DNA of 64,000 bases, taken from NCBI GenBank assembly GCA_964019335.1, contig OZ025761.1:62001-126000 (forward strand), given 5' to 3'. This stretch comes from Diplonema japonicum. Its lineage: Eukaryota; Protista; Euglenozoa: Diplonemea. Under the pieces are notes generated by a model. The model was not told where the DNA came from. It was given only the letters and a program-made list of their open reading frames with translations, and did no database searches. This document shows, piece after piece, positions 1 through 10,787 of this stretch; positions within the stretch are counted from its first letter, which is position 1; each line of letters begins with the position of its first letter. Made by a program: the position numbers and the translations under genes.

Positions 1-684
1 AAAACAAGAATCAACAGATTTCACATTTCGCAGTGGGCTGAGGTCGATGGTTTCCAGAGACGAACAACAACTGAGGAAACCAAAATCCACCATCTTCATG
101 TTTTTACATGGTGTCAGGTCGGTCGCCTTGAGAGATGTGCAGCCGTACAAAAAGTATTTCCCGACAGTTAGAACCCCCAACAAAGAAGAAACATCCAACG
201 TTACAAGGCTCTCACAGTTTTTTAGAAACCCATCGCCGATAGCCTGCACGTCGTTCAGGGGGTCTGCCACCCGGAGGTGTTTCAAGCCTGCTGGTATGTT
301 TTTCGCTGATATTTTGAGAAAGGTGATGCCTGATGCATCGATTTCGAGGAGGAGGTTGGGGTCTTCCTCCAAGCGCTTAGCCATCACATCTCTTGTGGTT
401 TTCGTGCACAGGTCGTTCACCGCAACACGCATTTCGCCCTCTTTGCAGCAGAGAAACAGTTCGCATCCCTGCCACATCCCCAGTTGTTGTATTTCTTCTG
501 TGCCATATGCGTCGTCAAGTACCGTGCCCTCGAAATGTAGAAAGAAGCTGCCTTTGGTTCCCACCTCCAACCCAGCAGCCTCCCCTGCCTTCCTGTACAG
601 GTCCTTCACAGTGTCATGGCCTTCCAGATCCACCTCGTGTGTCTCCTTGTTTGCCATCTTGACGAACACCGTCAGCAGGCTCAT
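1..684 (-). CDS. Ubl-domain + LRR protein (partial, runs off window start)
   Basis: Not in the ORF track. Manual translation from ATG at 684: MSLLTVFVKMANKETHEVDLEGHDTVKDLYRKAGEAAG...IGDGFLKNCESLVTLDVS...FLSCCSSLETIDLSPLRNV, open to position 1; paralogue of 49888-50970. Confidence 0.85.
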   Translation of the reverse strand, partial: MSLLTVFVKMANKETHEVDLEGHDTVKDLYRKAGEAAGLEVGTKGSFFLHFEGTVLDDAYGTEEIQQLGMWQGCELFLCCKEGEMRVAVNDLCTKTTRDVMAKRLEEDPNLLLEIDASGITFLKISAKNIPAGLKHLRVADPLNDVQAIGDGFLKNCESLVTLDVSSLLGVLTVGKYFLYGCTSLKATDLTPCKNMKMVDFGFLSCCSSLETIDLSPLRNVKSVDSCF

Positions 685-752
685 TTTTTATTTTATTTAT
701 TTTTTTTTTTTTTTCCTTCTCCTCCCCCCCCCCCGCCTCCCCACTCTCCTTA

Positions 753-817
<65 letters not shown>

Positions 818-820
<3 letters not shown>

Positions 821-1560
821 TATTTCACTCTTCAGAAATTACTTCACGCACTGGGGGGCCCATTACTTCACGCTAAATCTCATTACTTCACAGTGAAATA
901 ATGGCCTGTTTTCCGTGAAGTAATAGGGGGTTTCCGTTAAATAATATGCCTCGGTAGGCCAATTTTTGCCTCGGTTCGGTTCCCAGTGGGGCTACTTTTT
1001 CCTCTCAGTTTGCTATTTCCCCCCAGGTTCAGCTCAATTGGCCAACTTTTGCCTCGGCTCAGTTCCAAGTTGGACTACTTTTTCCTCCCAATTTGCCCAC
1101 TTTTGGCTAGGCCTTGTTCCCAGTTTCTGTGGGTAACTCTTCTGTGGGTAAGGGTAACTTAGTCAGCATACCCAAGCACCCCAAAAGACTTCACCGAAGC
1201 AGCAGAAAAAAAGGAGCCAGCGGCCGCGCTAGGTATGGGAAGGCCTGATTAGAGATGGTGACAGTGGCAATGCCAGCGACAGTGGCAGCTCTTAGTCAAC
1301 AAAAGGAGGAAAAACAACTTGTATTGTAACCTTTGTAACCCCTCTCTTGTTGTACCCCTTGTCACCCTGTTGTGCCCCTCGTGGTGAAGTAATTTCAGAG
1401 TGTCGTGAAATAAAACCACTTACCTACCGCCAAGTAATGCTTTACCGACCTCTCGGTTCCGCATTTTACCATCTCGGGCCCTGCAGGCCCTCGACGGTAA
1501 AATGCGGAACCTCGAGGCAACGGTAAACTCATTACTTGTTGGCAGTAAATAGCTATTTTT
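818..1560 (+). repeat. Non-autonomous hairpin-ended repeat (Helentron/DINE-like), copy with internal insert
   Basis: Starts TTATTTCACTCTTC after poly-T; ends with a long hairpin centred on GGGCCCTGCAGGCCC and AAATAGCTA-poly-T; same ends as 2629-3165. Confidence 0.5.
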
Positions 1561-1779
1561 TTTTTTTTTTTTTTTTTTTTGTCTGACTAGAAAATTAATA
1601 AAAAAAAGAGAAAAAAAAAAAAGAGAAAAAAAAAAGGGGGGGGAATTCACTATGATAGGAAACGAGGTGGTTAGCAACCTCCTCACCGCCTTCTTGTCGA
1701 TGTCAATCGTCGTGTTGACGTTGACCCCCCTACGCCTACGTCCTCTTAGTGTAGCATTCGAAACCAATTGCCAGATAAT

Positions 1780-2285
1780 AAATAACACCCACCCTCCGAC
1801 TCCTTGAACGCTCTGAAGGGAGGTGAGGTAAGGGTGACAAGGGGATTCGCATTCAGCTGCCCAGGGTCCGTCCCTCGGAGGTCCCCTTTTGCGACTCGGA
1901 CTCTGTAAATACTGATGCCTCCACTTGAAGAAGGCCAGGGTCCTCCTCCAAACGCCGTTCTATCGCCTTCCTTGTCTCTTCTGAAGACAGCTCCCGTGAA
2001 AGGACACACATCGTGTTGCAGACATTGCAGCAGAGAAGGAGCTCGCACCCCTCCCACATCCCAAGGTGCTGTATCTCATTCCCACCGAGAGTCTCGTCCA
2101 GTTCCTCACCTTCGAAGTGTAAAAGAAAAGTCTTCTCCTCCACACCAGCAGCCTCCCCCGCCTTCCTGTACAGGTCCTTCACAGTGAGAGTGTCGGCAAG
2201 AGGAAGGCCTCCTACCTACAGGTCCTTCACCGTGTCAAAGAAAGTCGTGCGTCTTCCATTTTGATGAACACCGTCAGTTGGCTCA
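1780..2285 (-). pseudogene. Degenerate Ubl-LRR gene
   Basis: KDLYRKAGEAAGVEEKTFLLHFEGEELDETLGGNEIQHLGMWEGC is nearly identical to the 49888 gene; scrambled start and deletions before the first LRR. Confidence 0.85.
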
Positions 2286-2628
2286 CTTATTCTTTACCCT
2301 GTATGTGTGAATGGCAGATAAGAAGGAGATAAAATGTAAAATTGAAGAAGACCAAGCCTCCATCTCAAAACCACCCTTACACCAACCCTGTACAAGATTT
2401 TTTTTTTCAATTATTTCCCAGTATTTCCTCCATAGCCCCTAGAGCAAGTTCAGGATTTAGAGGTATGGAGGGGCGTTATTGGTGAGAAAAAAGAAAACCA
2501 AGGGGTGGAATTAAAAAAAGAAGAGAATAGACTACTACTGCCCAGGCGGGGGGTGGGGGGTCTAGGCAATAGCTCAGCTTTGATTTTGCAACCATACTAT
2601 CTCTAAGAAGCACCGCTTTTTTTTTTTT

Positions 2629-3165
2629 TTATTATTTCACTCTTCGTCATTTTCTTCACTCACTAGGGGCCTCATTATTTAACGCGAAATCGCCATTATT
2701 TAACTAGTTAAATAATGAGATTTTGCAGTTAAATAATGGCCCTTCAGAGTGGGAAAATGAGTCTCGCCGTGGAAAAAAATGCACCCAACCCCTTGAAAAA
2801 CTTTTTTGGGGTGGGCGTATTTTGACTATTTTTGGCCATCTGAGGCCATTCCAGCCCTTAAAAGTGGGAATAAGTGCCTTACTTCTCCTTTAAATGCCAC
2901 GGCGAAATAGCTACCCTGTATTACCTTAGGAAAATCCCCAAAAAGCTGACCTGCGTGAAAAAAAAAACAGCAGTGAAAGCAGTGAAGAGTGAGTGACTCA
3001 AATGACGAAGAGTGAAATAAAACGACTTACTTGCCGCCAAATGAGTCATTATTTAACTCTCGTTACCGTTTTTTTGCACGAGGGCCCGCAGGGCCCTCGT
3101 GCAAAAAATTCGGGAACTCGAGTTAAATAATGACTCATTATTTGTTGGCAATAAATAGCTATTTT
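2629..3165 (+). repeat. Non-autonomous hairpin-ended repeat (Helentron/DINE-like)
   Basis: TTATTTCACTCTTCGTCATTT (~2632) is inverted at ~3000-3020, followed by a ~100-bp hairpin (~3042-3139) and AAATAGCTA-poly-T; partial copies at ~5262-5370 and ~14128-14272. Confidence 0.55.
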
Positions 3166-3867
3166 TTTTTTTTTTACTCGTTGCAAAATAGGTTATAAGA
3201 TTTTTCTTATTTCCCTTAAAATAATAATTAAAAAAAAAAAAAAAAAAAAAAAAGACTTTTTGTAGGAGAGGGAAAGTTTTTTTTTTTTTTTTTTCTCTTT
3301 CTTTTCTTTCCGCTCACAGGGGGAAAGAAGAAAAAAAAAAAAAAAAAAGGAATGCTAAATAAATAGTGTGACAATAGGTAGTTAAGTAATGACCCAGAGG
3401 ATTGGTAAAGTCATTCTTTTGGTAGGTTTTATACAAATAATTGAATGATTTTGGTAAAATAAAGTGGGCTCTATTTTTCCCTTGGATTGGTATGGGGTCC
3501 CCAGCCAAAAACACTAGGGAGGGGGGCAAAAAGATTTAAATAAATATACTTAAAGTACACTCGGAGAGACAGAGAAATCTAACCTTGTCGGTGTTGTGAG
3601 TAGAAACTTTTAAAAAAAAAAAAAAAAAGGAGCGTAAGATTACGAAGCAAGCAGTGCGAAGCTCAAATTCGCCACTGCTAACATTCTCTTTCTTTTTTTT
3701 TTTCTTCTTCTTTTTTTCTTTTTTTTTTCTTTTTTTTTCTTCGGGCAGGGGCTCTAATGTTAACTTCTTGAACAAGGGGAAAAAAAAGGGGGGGGAAGAA
3801 ACATTTAAGGGTACCTGCGGTATGCGGCAGTCCCTACTCCAGAGCAAAAAAAAGGGGGGGGGATAAT

Positions 3868-3929
3868 TTTTTATGACTATATGTCTTTGTTGTTCGCACA
3901 AGCAAAAAAGGTTTTTAAAAAGCTGCGAA

Positions 3930-3963
<34 letters not shown>

Positions 3964-3981
3964 AAGATAAATATTTGTACA

Positions 3982-3983
<2 letters not shown>
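3868..3983 (-). repeat. Solo A-B terminal repeat of YR family 1
   Basis: Reverse complement matches TTGTTACAAATATTTATCTT...CTTTCGCAGCTTTTT...GTGCGAACAACAAAGACATATAGTCATAAA at 18687-18815; a further B fragment at ~5770-5803. Confidence 0.8.
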
Positions 3984-4021
<38 letters not shown>

Positions 4022-4169
4022 AGAGAGATTTAAGAAATACCCGTCTCATAACAAGAGCGGGTTTGATCAGAATCTCCTGGGGCAGTTGACAGCCGTCACG
4101 TACCCACAGAGAGTTCGCATGCACCCATAAAGAAGGGGGGGGAAGGGGGGATATAATAATGCCACAAGC

Positions 4170-4229
4170 CTACAGCATCAAGCCAACGACAGAAGGTGCC
4201 TTTGCCCTCGCGTGGTCAAGGGGTGTCTC

Positions 4230-4277
<48 letters not shown>

Positions 4278-4892
4278 CTTTCACACACCAAATCGATTCT
4301 TGATGGACGCATCTGCACCAAAGTCCAAGAGCAAACGCGCAACACTTTCCTGCCCAAAGTAAGCAGCATGGTGCAGGGCGGTGTGATTGTTGTAGCCCGT
4401 CGGCTGCACATCTATCTCTGCGATGCCCCTTTCCAGGATAAGTTTCGTGCTTCTAACAAGCCCGCGGCAAGTTGTCATCAGAAGCAGCTCTGCGGCACAG
4501 GAGCCAATAATGTTTGCATCAGCCATTGCATCAACTACATTGTGTACCTCTGTGTCTTGTTCTGCCGTCCCTTGTGGGTGCAGGCGGCGCACATAGTTTA
4601 CTAAATGAGATGAAGTCCTGCCTGCCCACCCCAGATCCAGTAAGCGGCGCGTCCCAATTTTTTGGGTGTCCTGAACCACCTCCACCTCTGTCATCTCCTC
4701 AAATGGGTATTCTTGGACTAGGCGCCACTCATCCAGCAGCTCACCCTCGTGCCGCAGAGCTGTACACTCGCAATCCAGCGATGCTTGTGCAGCGATCCTT
4801 TCCTTCATCTGTACCACCGTCTCCGTCCCTACCACGTCGCACAGAATGGTCGTCGGGCCAGGCAGCCTTACCGCTATAGTGAATTCGGACAT
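4170..4892 (-). CDS. Ubl-domain + ankyrin-repeat protein, 2 exons (4289-4892, 4170-4231)
   Basis: Ubl-like N-terminus MSEFTIAVRLPGPTTILCDVVGTETVVQMKERIA; ankyrin TALHHAAYFGQESVARLLLDFGADASIKNRF. Removing GT..AG intron 4232-4288 restores NRFGETPLDHA, with TAG at 4170-4172. Confidence 0.85.
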
Positions 4893-5369
4893 TTTTTTTT
4901 TTCTTTCTTTTTTTTTTTTTTTTTTTGGTAGTGGGTGTAATAATTCACCTAAAAACAGCATGTGAACGCTTGCAGCGCCGAGTTTATATATATTCTTTTT
5001 TTTTTTTTTTTTTTTAAAAAATAAATTCTACTTCTTTTTCGACGGGTTTGCTGGATGGACCGTCGTTGCATTTTACGCCTGCGTCTTGATCTTGAGTTGC
5101 GACGAGATATTTATCAACTCTACTATGACCACACCAAAGCCACCCGAGGTGCCTGCTAATAAATATGATTCTGAAGTAAAGATGGACCTAAATCCCCCAC
5201 CTTGTTCAGAGCCCTGTACGTGTTCGGCATTCCCCTCTTTTTATCTCAGTTTTCCCTCGCGCTGAAGTAATTTCAGAGTGCCGTGACATTTTACCGAGGG
5301 CCCTGCGAAAAAAAATCGGCGTACTTCTAGTGGCGTTAAGGTCATTACTCGTTGGCATTAAATAGCTAT

Positions 5370-5685
5370 AACTGTCTCGAGGTGGCCGTTCCCTGCATGC
5401 TTGATGAAGCGGTGTCCAACCGTCGTTCTTTTTCTATTCCAGTAATGAGACGGGAAGAACGCGTGATTCTGCATTTCAACAAGATATTTAACTGTCTCGG
5501 GGCTTCCAGTCTCCGCTACTAGATGAACTGGTGTCCAAGCTCGACGATATTTTTCTGTCTCGGGAGGTGATGTCACGATCAACTTCCCCTGCCTTCCTGC
5601 ACAGGTCCTTCACCGTGGCATGGCCTGCCGGATCCACCTCGTGTGTCTTGTTGTTCTATCGATGAACACCGTCAGCAGGCTCGCT
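5370..5685 (-). pseudogene. Collapsed Ubl fragment joined to ankyrin fragment
   Basis: 5585-5685 resembles the Ubl gene start (SLLTVFI...HEVD...TVKDLCRKAGE); 5370-5580 has WTPVHLVAETGSPETVKYLVE and GNGHLETV. Confidence 0.55.
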
Positions 5686-5898
5686 TTATTTTATCTCATT
5701 TTTATTTTATTTGTAAAAAGCTGTTCCTGTGATAGAGTTGATGGTTGGACCAAAGTAAAAAAAAAAAAAATAATAATTCTTTATGACTATATGTCTTTGT
5801 TGTAACAAAAAAAGAAAGAAAGAAAGAAAAGAATAGAAAAAAAAGATGTCTTTGAGGGAACCTGCAGTATGTGACAGGATCGCCTAACGACAATCAAC

Positions 5899-8800
5899 TC
5901 ATCTAGTGTTTGATCCCTTCTGTCGTGGTAGTGCCTTAGGCCCGTCGTAGTATCTTTTCAGCAGCTTGGGCGTGAAACCAACTAGCGAGTTGTTGAGGAT
6001 GCAATGAGTTCGTAACTGTTCCTCTAGGATAGGGTGGGTGACCTTCGGGGTTGCGAAGACCGGACGAGTGGAGTACCCATTGATGGGTTGGCTGTGGAGC
6101 CCTAGGGTACGCAAAGAGTGTACTGATTTCCTAGGTTCTGCTGGAATCAGGTGACTCCCCGTGCCTTTTTGGTGAATCCTGTCCAAAACTCTTAGGATTC
6201 CGCCGATTTTTCTTGCCCAGCTCGCTAGGTCTTCACCCTCCATGTGGATCCTTTCTGTTGCAATTAGGTCGACCGCAAGTTCCGCCTTGGACACCTGCCC
6301 ACCGTCCTTGCCCCACTTGAGGGCTTTCAGCCATTTGAGGATAAACGGGATTAGGCCTGGGAAGTACTTCTTCGCCAGCCCGTTCTTGTGGTACCAAGTG
6401 AGAGGTTTCGGGGTTAAGAGGTTCCCTGGCTGGAAAGGTCTATTCCAGAAGTGCTGGTTTTCGTACCTGACCTGCTTGTCGGCGTGCAGACAATCGAGTT
6501 TTCCTGCAATATCTGTAAGCATCAGGTGGAGTTCCTTGACTCTTGGCAGGCTGATGTCCGAGTCCGTTGTAATGATTCCGTGAATCTGGGTGCAGTTCGG
6601 CCAGCTCCTGTGTTCTTGCACCAGCCACTTGCGGTCGGCGTTGGCTGTCCTATAGCCGGCGTGTGCTGGACAGTGCCAAATGGTATGCTGCAGGAGGCTG
6701 CTGGTTCCATTCCTAACGTCGTAGAGTGCGTCACACCCGAGGCATTTCGCACGTGTGCCTGACAAATCGCCGTAGGCTCTGGGATGAAGGGGCAGTATGG
6801 CGCCAGTGATTGCACAAAGTAACTTTCTCGCTTTCTGCGGGTTGGCGACCGCCATCTCGTTGTGTAGGAGGTTCGTCCTCTCCTCGTCGATGCCCGTCTC
6901 GATCCCTCCAAAGGTCTCTCGCTCTTCGGCGAGCCCGCCACGTAGCTTGTCTTTCAACAGCGTTCTGATCTCATGCTTCAGGTGTTGTAAGCCTTGCGGC
7001 AGCATTTTCGTCTGAAGGTCCTTCCATCTGGTCCCAATGTCTCGAAGCCAAACCTCTGCATTGCCAAATGGTCCTTTCGGTAACGACGGTGTTCCGTTCC
7101 GTTCCTTCGTGTACCTGTAAGTTTCCCAGCATGAAACGAAGAGGGATTTGTTCGTCTGGCGTGTGCATAGACGCCCTAGGGTTGAAATGGCCTTGTAGAC
7201 CACCGTAGAGTAAGGGTCTAGGGTGTGACCTTTGTGGGCAATCCCCAGCAGAGCACTAGAGGAGCGCATCGGGTTGCGGGCCCCCCAGATACATAACGTG
7301 ATCTGTTTCTTCAGTTTCTCCAGCCAGGAGTCAGGGATTGGGTCGAAGAGTACGCCGTAGAAGGCGGACGGTAGGATGTTCTCAGAGATGATCTGTATCT
7401 TGCGATTGTGGTACAGTTTGGTCGCGGCGAGTCGTTCGACCTCTGCAAGGGCCTTGCGGACCCTTGAGTTCTCTCTCCTGCAGGGTTGGAAGTAGACCTG
7501 TACACCCAGTATTTGTAGCCTGTTGGAAGTGTCGAAGATCTCCCCGAATAACTGTACTTTGCCCTTGTACTTGGGTTTCGTCCCAAATGATCTGGTTTTC
7601 TTCGGGTGTATGGTCATCCCTGTGAGCTTGCATAGGCTGCCAAGCAGGTTGACGGAGCGTTGTATCGCGGCTTCTGATGTAGCTGACGTGAAGTTGAGGT
7701 CGTCTGCATACGACACAGGATGGGCGTTCCTCGGGTTCGCCGTGCATTTCCTGGTAAAGATGGCGAGGATCGCGTTGATGAAGATCGGTGAGATCGGGCA
7801 GCCCTGGAGTATCCCATTTGTGGTCCGGAATGGGGCGCCTACTCCCATTGGGAACCGTAAACGGCGGATCAGGTCAGAGTAAATGGACCTAATCGGTTTC
7901 AAAATGAGCCGGCTGAGGCCTAGACGTTCCACTAGTCCGAATGTTAGTGCATGGGGGACTGAATCGAAGCATTTCTTGAAGTCGACAGAAAGGCCATAGA
8001 GGTGCCTCCCCGACTCCTTCGCAATTTCTACACTGGTGCAGACCCGGGCGAGGAGGTCGTCTGTGCTGTGTTCCGGTCTGAAACCGAACTGGAGAGGGGT
8101 GATCCATGCTTCCTGCCACTCGAGGATTGCTGGTAGCCTCGCACCTGCCCATAGGCGGTAGAACGCGCTCGATACCGTAATAGGGCGGTGTTCTAGCGGC
8201 TCTTCGGATTCCCCTTTCGGGATCATCGTTACTAGAGCTGTGAGGACTGCCTTGGGCCAGCTCCCCCCCTCCTCTATCCAATCATATAGGAAGACGAACC
8301 CCTCCAACAATGCATCTGGTAAGTGAGCGAGTTCACACAATCTCCATCCGTCGATCCCTGCGCATTCTTGTTTCTCTTTCTTTTTCAGCACTTTCCGCAG
8401 GTCCTCCAGCGTGAGTGCGTGGTCCATCATCGGGTGGTGGGTGACCTGTGACCCAAACGTCTCTTCAAAAGCCGCGTAACTCGGCTCGGGGTGGTCTTCA
8501 AATTTCCTGAAGATATGGCGCCATTCCGACCTGAAAGCTTGGTCGATCTCCGCGACCGAGGATGAGAGTGTTCCATTCGAGTTCGACGCTACCAGTTCTC
8601 TCTCGGGCCTGTCTGCCACAAATTGCATGATGGCACTTCGATTCACCGAGAAGCCCGAATTCAGTTCTCTTCTCATTTTCACGCTGCGCTGGATTTTCGA
8701 CGCGATGTCCATGTCTCGTTGTTGTACAACCACTTTATTCAAAATCAGGTCTGCTTCTCTGGTGATGTTACCGTCAGAGAATGTTTCGGGGTGAACTCTC

Positions 8801-10539
8801 AAGAAGTTGATAGCTTTCGCCTTCATTTTGTCCCATCCCTTGCGCAGGTCGTAGGGCAGGGCTGGGTCTTTCAACTTCTGTACTCTTCGTATAATGGTGG
8901 ATGCACTTTGCCGGATTTTCTCAAGTGTCAGGTACCTCCTGGATACCGCCCCGAATCCGGTCGACGTGGAGGGGGCCGCGGATCTTCTCAAGCTGGGGTT
9001 ATTCACTTCGCCTCTGCCACTATAACTAGAAATCCCTGATTGTGCTGTGTCTCTCAGGAGGTGTTTCTCGCAGGCCGTAGAGAGTGCCAAGAATGCAGCA
9101 TCCAGGTCTCCGTTGTCTTTTAGAGCTCTCAATGTAGCATCTTCTCGGGTCCAGTCTCTGATCGTCAGTGAGTGGAGTTTCTCACCTCTCGCAATGAGTC
9201 TGGCTGTTGGTGGGGTAGCTGCCCGGATGAGCCATTTCGATCTGCCTATCTTGTCCATGTGACAAACGTTCCACCCGCATCCTGCCAGGTCCTCCCTCAG
9301 GTCGTATCCGTGCTCATGGTTGAGGCATCCTTCCAAAATATATTTTTCCCCCGCCTTCTGCAACGGGAGAAGGATGGGGTTGACCCTGGATAGGACCTCG
9401 TTGCGGTCTGCCCCTCTCGGCAACATGAGGGCCAACCCAATCGGTGTCACCGTGATGGAGGTGCCGAGTGATGCCAAGGGGACGTCGGCTGCTTTGATCC
9501 CCTTCTTCAGCTGGATGACCTCGAGCCGGTCCTTTGCGAATGCGTGTGTCCAGTAGACGCCTTGGTCCCCTGACGCTGCTAGCAGCCTGGTCGCGTGATC
9601 TGGGTCTACTCGTACAAGGGCGGTGGCTGTGTTGTTTTCAGTGGACCGGTCGATTCTGAACACGTTTTGCGGGACCACCTTGAAAGGACCTTCCTTGTCC
9701 CTCGCCGCAAGTAGTGCCATTCTTCTGATGGCATCGCCGTCCGCTGTACGCTTCCACTGTGCATCCGAGCAGTGGCCTTTTGCGATTATCGCCTTGAGAA
9801 TGGTTGTCCTGCTGCTACCCTCCTTGGGTGTGGCGTCCATGGCCTGCGGTAGGACCTCATCACCAGTGACAAAGGTCTTAACGACACCTCTCGAGGTGGG
9901 GGAGTCCGACTCGGTCCCGCCTACGAACGGTCGGGTGCTGACAATTTTAAAAGCAAGGCCGAGGGCCTTGAGGCGGGTGGAGAGCTCGACGGGGTCCGGG
10001 GGGTTGAAGTATATCCCTGCTGCGAGCTGGTCGGGGATCTCGTTGTGAACTTGCTGTCCCCAGTGCTGTTGGACCAGTGCTAAGGGGGGTTTGACAGGGG
10101 CCGGCCTGCTCGTCCAGTTGGTGGCAGCACCAAGGTATGACTTAGAGACTCTTGATGTCTTCCTCGGGGGAGTCCTCTTCTCCTGCGACGCTGGTTTCTG
10201 TTGCTGCTGTTTTTTCTGGGATTGCTGTTGTTGTGGTAGTCCTATGGACGTCTGTTGGCTCTGGTGTTGCTGCTGTTGGTATTGTTGTTGGAGCTGACGT
10301 GCCTGTTGGAATTGCTGGGGTGGTAGCTGCTGAGCCTGAGATTGTTGGAGAAGCGGCAGGGGCTGTTGTTGAGTTTGAGCCTGTAGGGGCTGCGGGGAGG
10401 ACGGCTGATGATTGGCCTGTGCCTTCTCGACTAGCTGTAGAACGCAGTCGAGGGTGGTCAGCACAAGGCTTTTGTTCTCCTCTGAGAGGTTGCCAGCTAG
10501 AAGGCGCTGGGCTCTCTGGACCAGCTGATGGGGGTCCAT
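5899..10539 (-). CDS. Non-LTR reverse transcriptase polyprotein (1546 aa)
   Basis: RT motifs GIDGW, IPKGE, RPITV, QFGFR, VDFKKCFDSV, GILQGCPISP, YADDL; C-terminal CxxC...HxxxxC knuckle (CLGC...HTIWHC); Q-rich N-terminus. Confidence 0.95.
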   Translation of the reverse strand: MDPHQLVQRAQRLLAGNLSEENKSLVLTTLDCVLQLVEKAQANHQPSSPQPLQAQTQQQPLPLLQQSQAQQLPPQQFQQARQLQQQYQQQQHQSQQTSIGLPQQQQSQKKQQQQKPASQEKRTPPRKTSRVSKSYLGAATNWTSRPAPVKPPLALVQQHWGQQVHNEIPDQLAAGIYFNPPDPVELSTRLKALGLAFKIVSTRPFVGGTESDSPTSRGVVKTFVTGDEVLPQAMDATPKEGSSRTTILKAIIAKGHCSDAQWKRTADGDAIRRMALLAARDKEGPFKVVPQNVFRIDRSTENNTATALVRVDPDHATRLLAASGDQGVYWTHAFAKDRLEVIQLKKGIKAADVPLASLGTSITVTPIGLALMLPRGADRNEVLSRVNPILLPLQKAGEKYILEGCLNHEHGYDLREDLAGCGWNVCHMDKIGRSKWLIRAATPPTARLIARGEKLHSLTIRDWTREDATLRALKDNGDLDAAFLALSTACEKHLLRDTAQSGISSYSGRGEVNNPSLRRSAAPSTSTGFGAVSRRYLTLEKIRQSASTIIRRVQKLKDPALPYDLRKGWDKMKAKAINFLRVHPETFSDGNITREADLILNKVVVQQRDMDIASKIQRSVKMRRELNSGFSVNRSAIMQFVADRPERELVASNSNGTLSSSVAEIDQAFRSEWRHIFRKFEDHPEPSYAAFEETFGSQVTHHPMMDHALTLEDLRKVLKKKEKQECAGIDGWRLCELAHLPDALLEGFVFLYDWIEEGGSWPKAVLTALVTMIPKGESEEPLEHRPITVSSAFYRLWAGARLPAILEWQEAWITPLQFGFRPEHSTDDLLARVCTSVEIAKESGRHLYGLSVDFKKCFDSVPHALTFGLVERLGLSRLILKPIRSIYSDLIRRLRFPMGVGAPFRTTNGILQGCPISPIFINAILAIFTRKCTANPRNAHPVSYADDLNFTSATSEAAIQRSVNLLGSLCKLTGMTIHPKKTRSFGTKPKYKGKVQLFGEIFDTSNRLQILGVQVYFQPCRRENSRVRKALAEVERLAATKLYHNRKIQIISENILPSAFYGVLFDPIPDSWLEKLKKQITLCIWGARNPMRSSSALLGIAHKGHTLDPYSTVVYKAISTLGRLCTRQTNKSLFVSCWETYRYTKERNGTPSLPKGPFGNAEVWLRDIGTRWKDLQTKMLPQGLQHLKHEIRTLLKDKLRGGLAEERETFGGIETGIDEERTNLLHNEMAVANPQKARKLLCAITGAILPLHPRAYGDLSGTRAKCLGCDALYDVRNGTSSLLQHTIWHCPAHAGYRTANADRKWLVQEHRSWPNCTQIHGIITTDSDISLPRVKELHLMLTDIAGKLDCLHADKQVRYENQHFWNRPFQPGNLLTPKPLTWYHKNGLAKKYFPGLIPFILKWLKALKWGKDGGQVSKAELAVDLIATERIHMEGEDLASWARKIGGILRVLDRIHQKGTGSHLIPAEPRKSVHSLRTLGLHSQPINGYSTRPVFATPKVTHPILEEQLRTHCILNNSLVGFTPKLLKRYYDGPKALPRQKGSNTR

Positions 10540-10787
10540 GTTTGGGCTGGTGGCGGGGTGGGATGTAGTAGGGAGGGGTTCACTTCAAAAAACTTATAAC
10601 TTCGTACTCCTATTCTGAACAACTTTTCAACCTTCCAACTTTCGACTGTTCACTGATATATTCCCTTTCACTTCACTTCCACTTCTCTCGATTGATCTCT
10701 GATATTCAACTTTCTACACTGCTGCTCGTGATTTCGATTTTATTTCTTTTCAAACCGCTCTACCTGGTTCCTTTATTGGCACGGTCG

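Noticed and set aside
47-901. 284-aa plus-strand ORF
   Set aside because: Antisense shadow of the Ubl-LRR gene, extended by poly-T.
1121-1156. CAGTTTCTGT (SL-like) and GGGTAA (telomere-like)
   Set aside because: Only 10 nt of SL match and 2-3 imperfect hexamers.
3300-4130. Short poly-K/poly-F ORFs
   Set aside because: Homopolymer artefacts; run lengths may also be sequencing errors.
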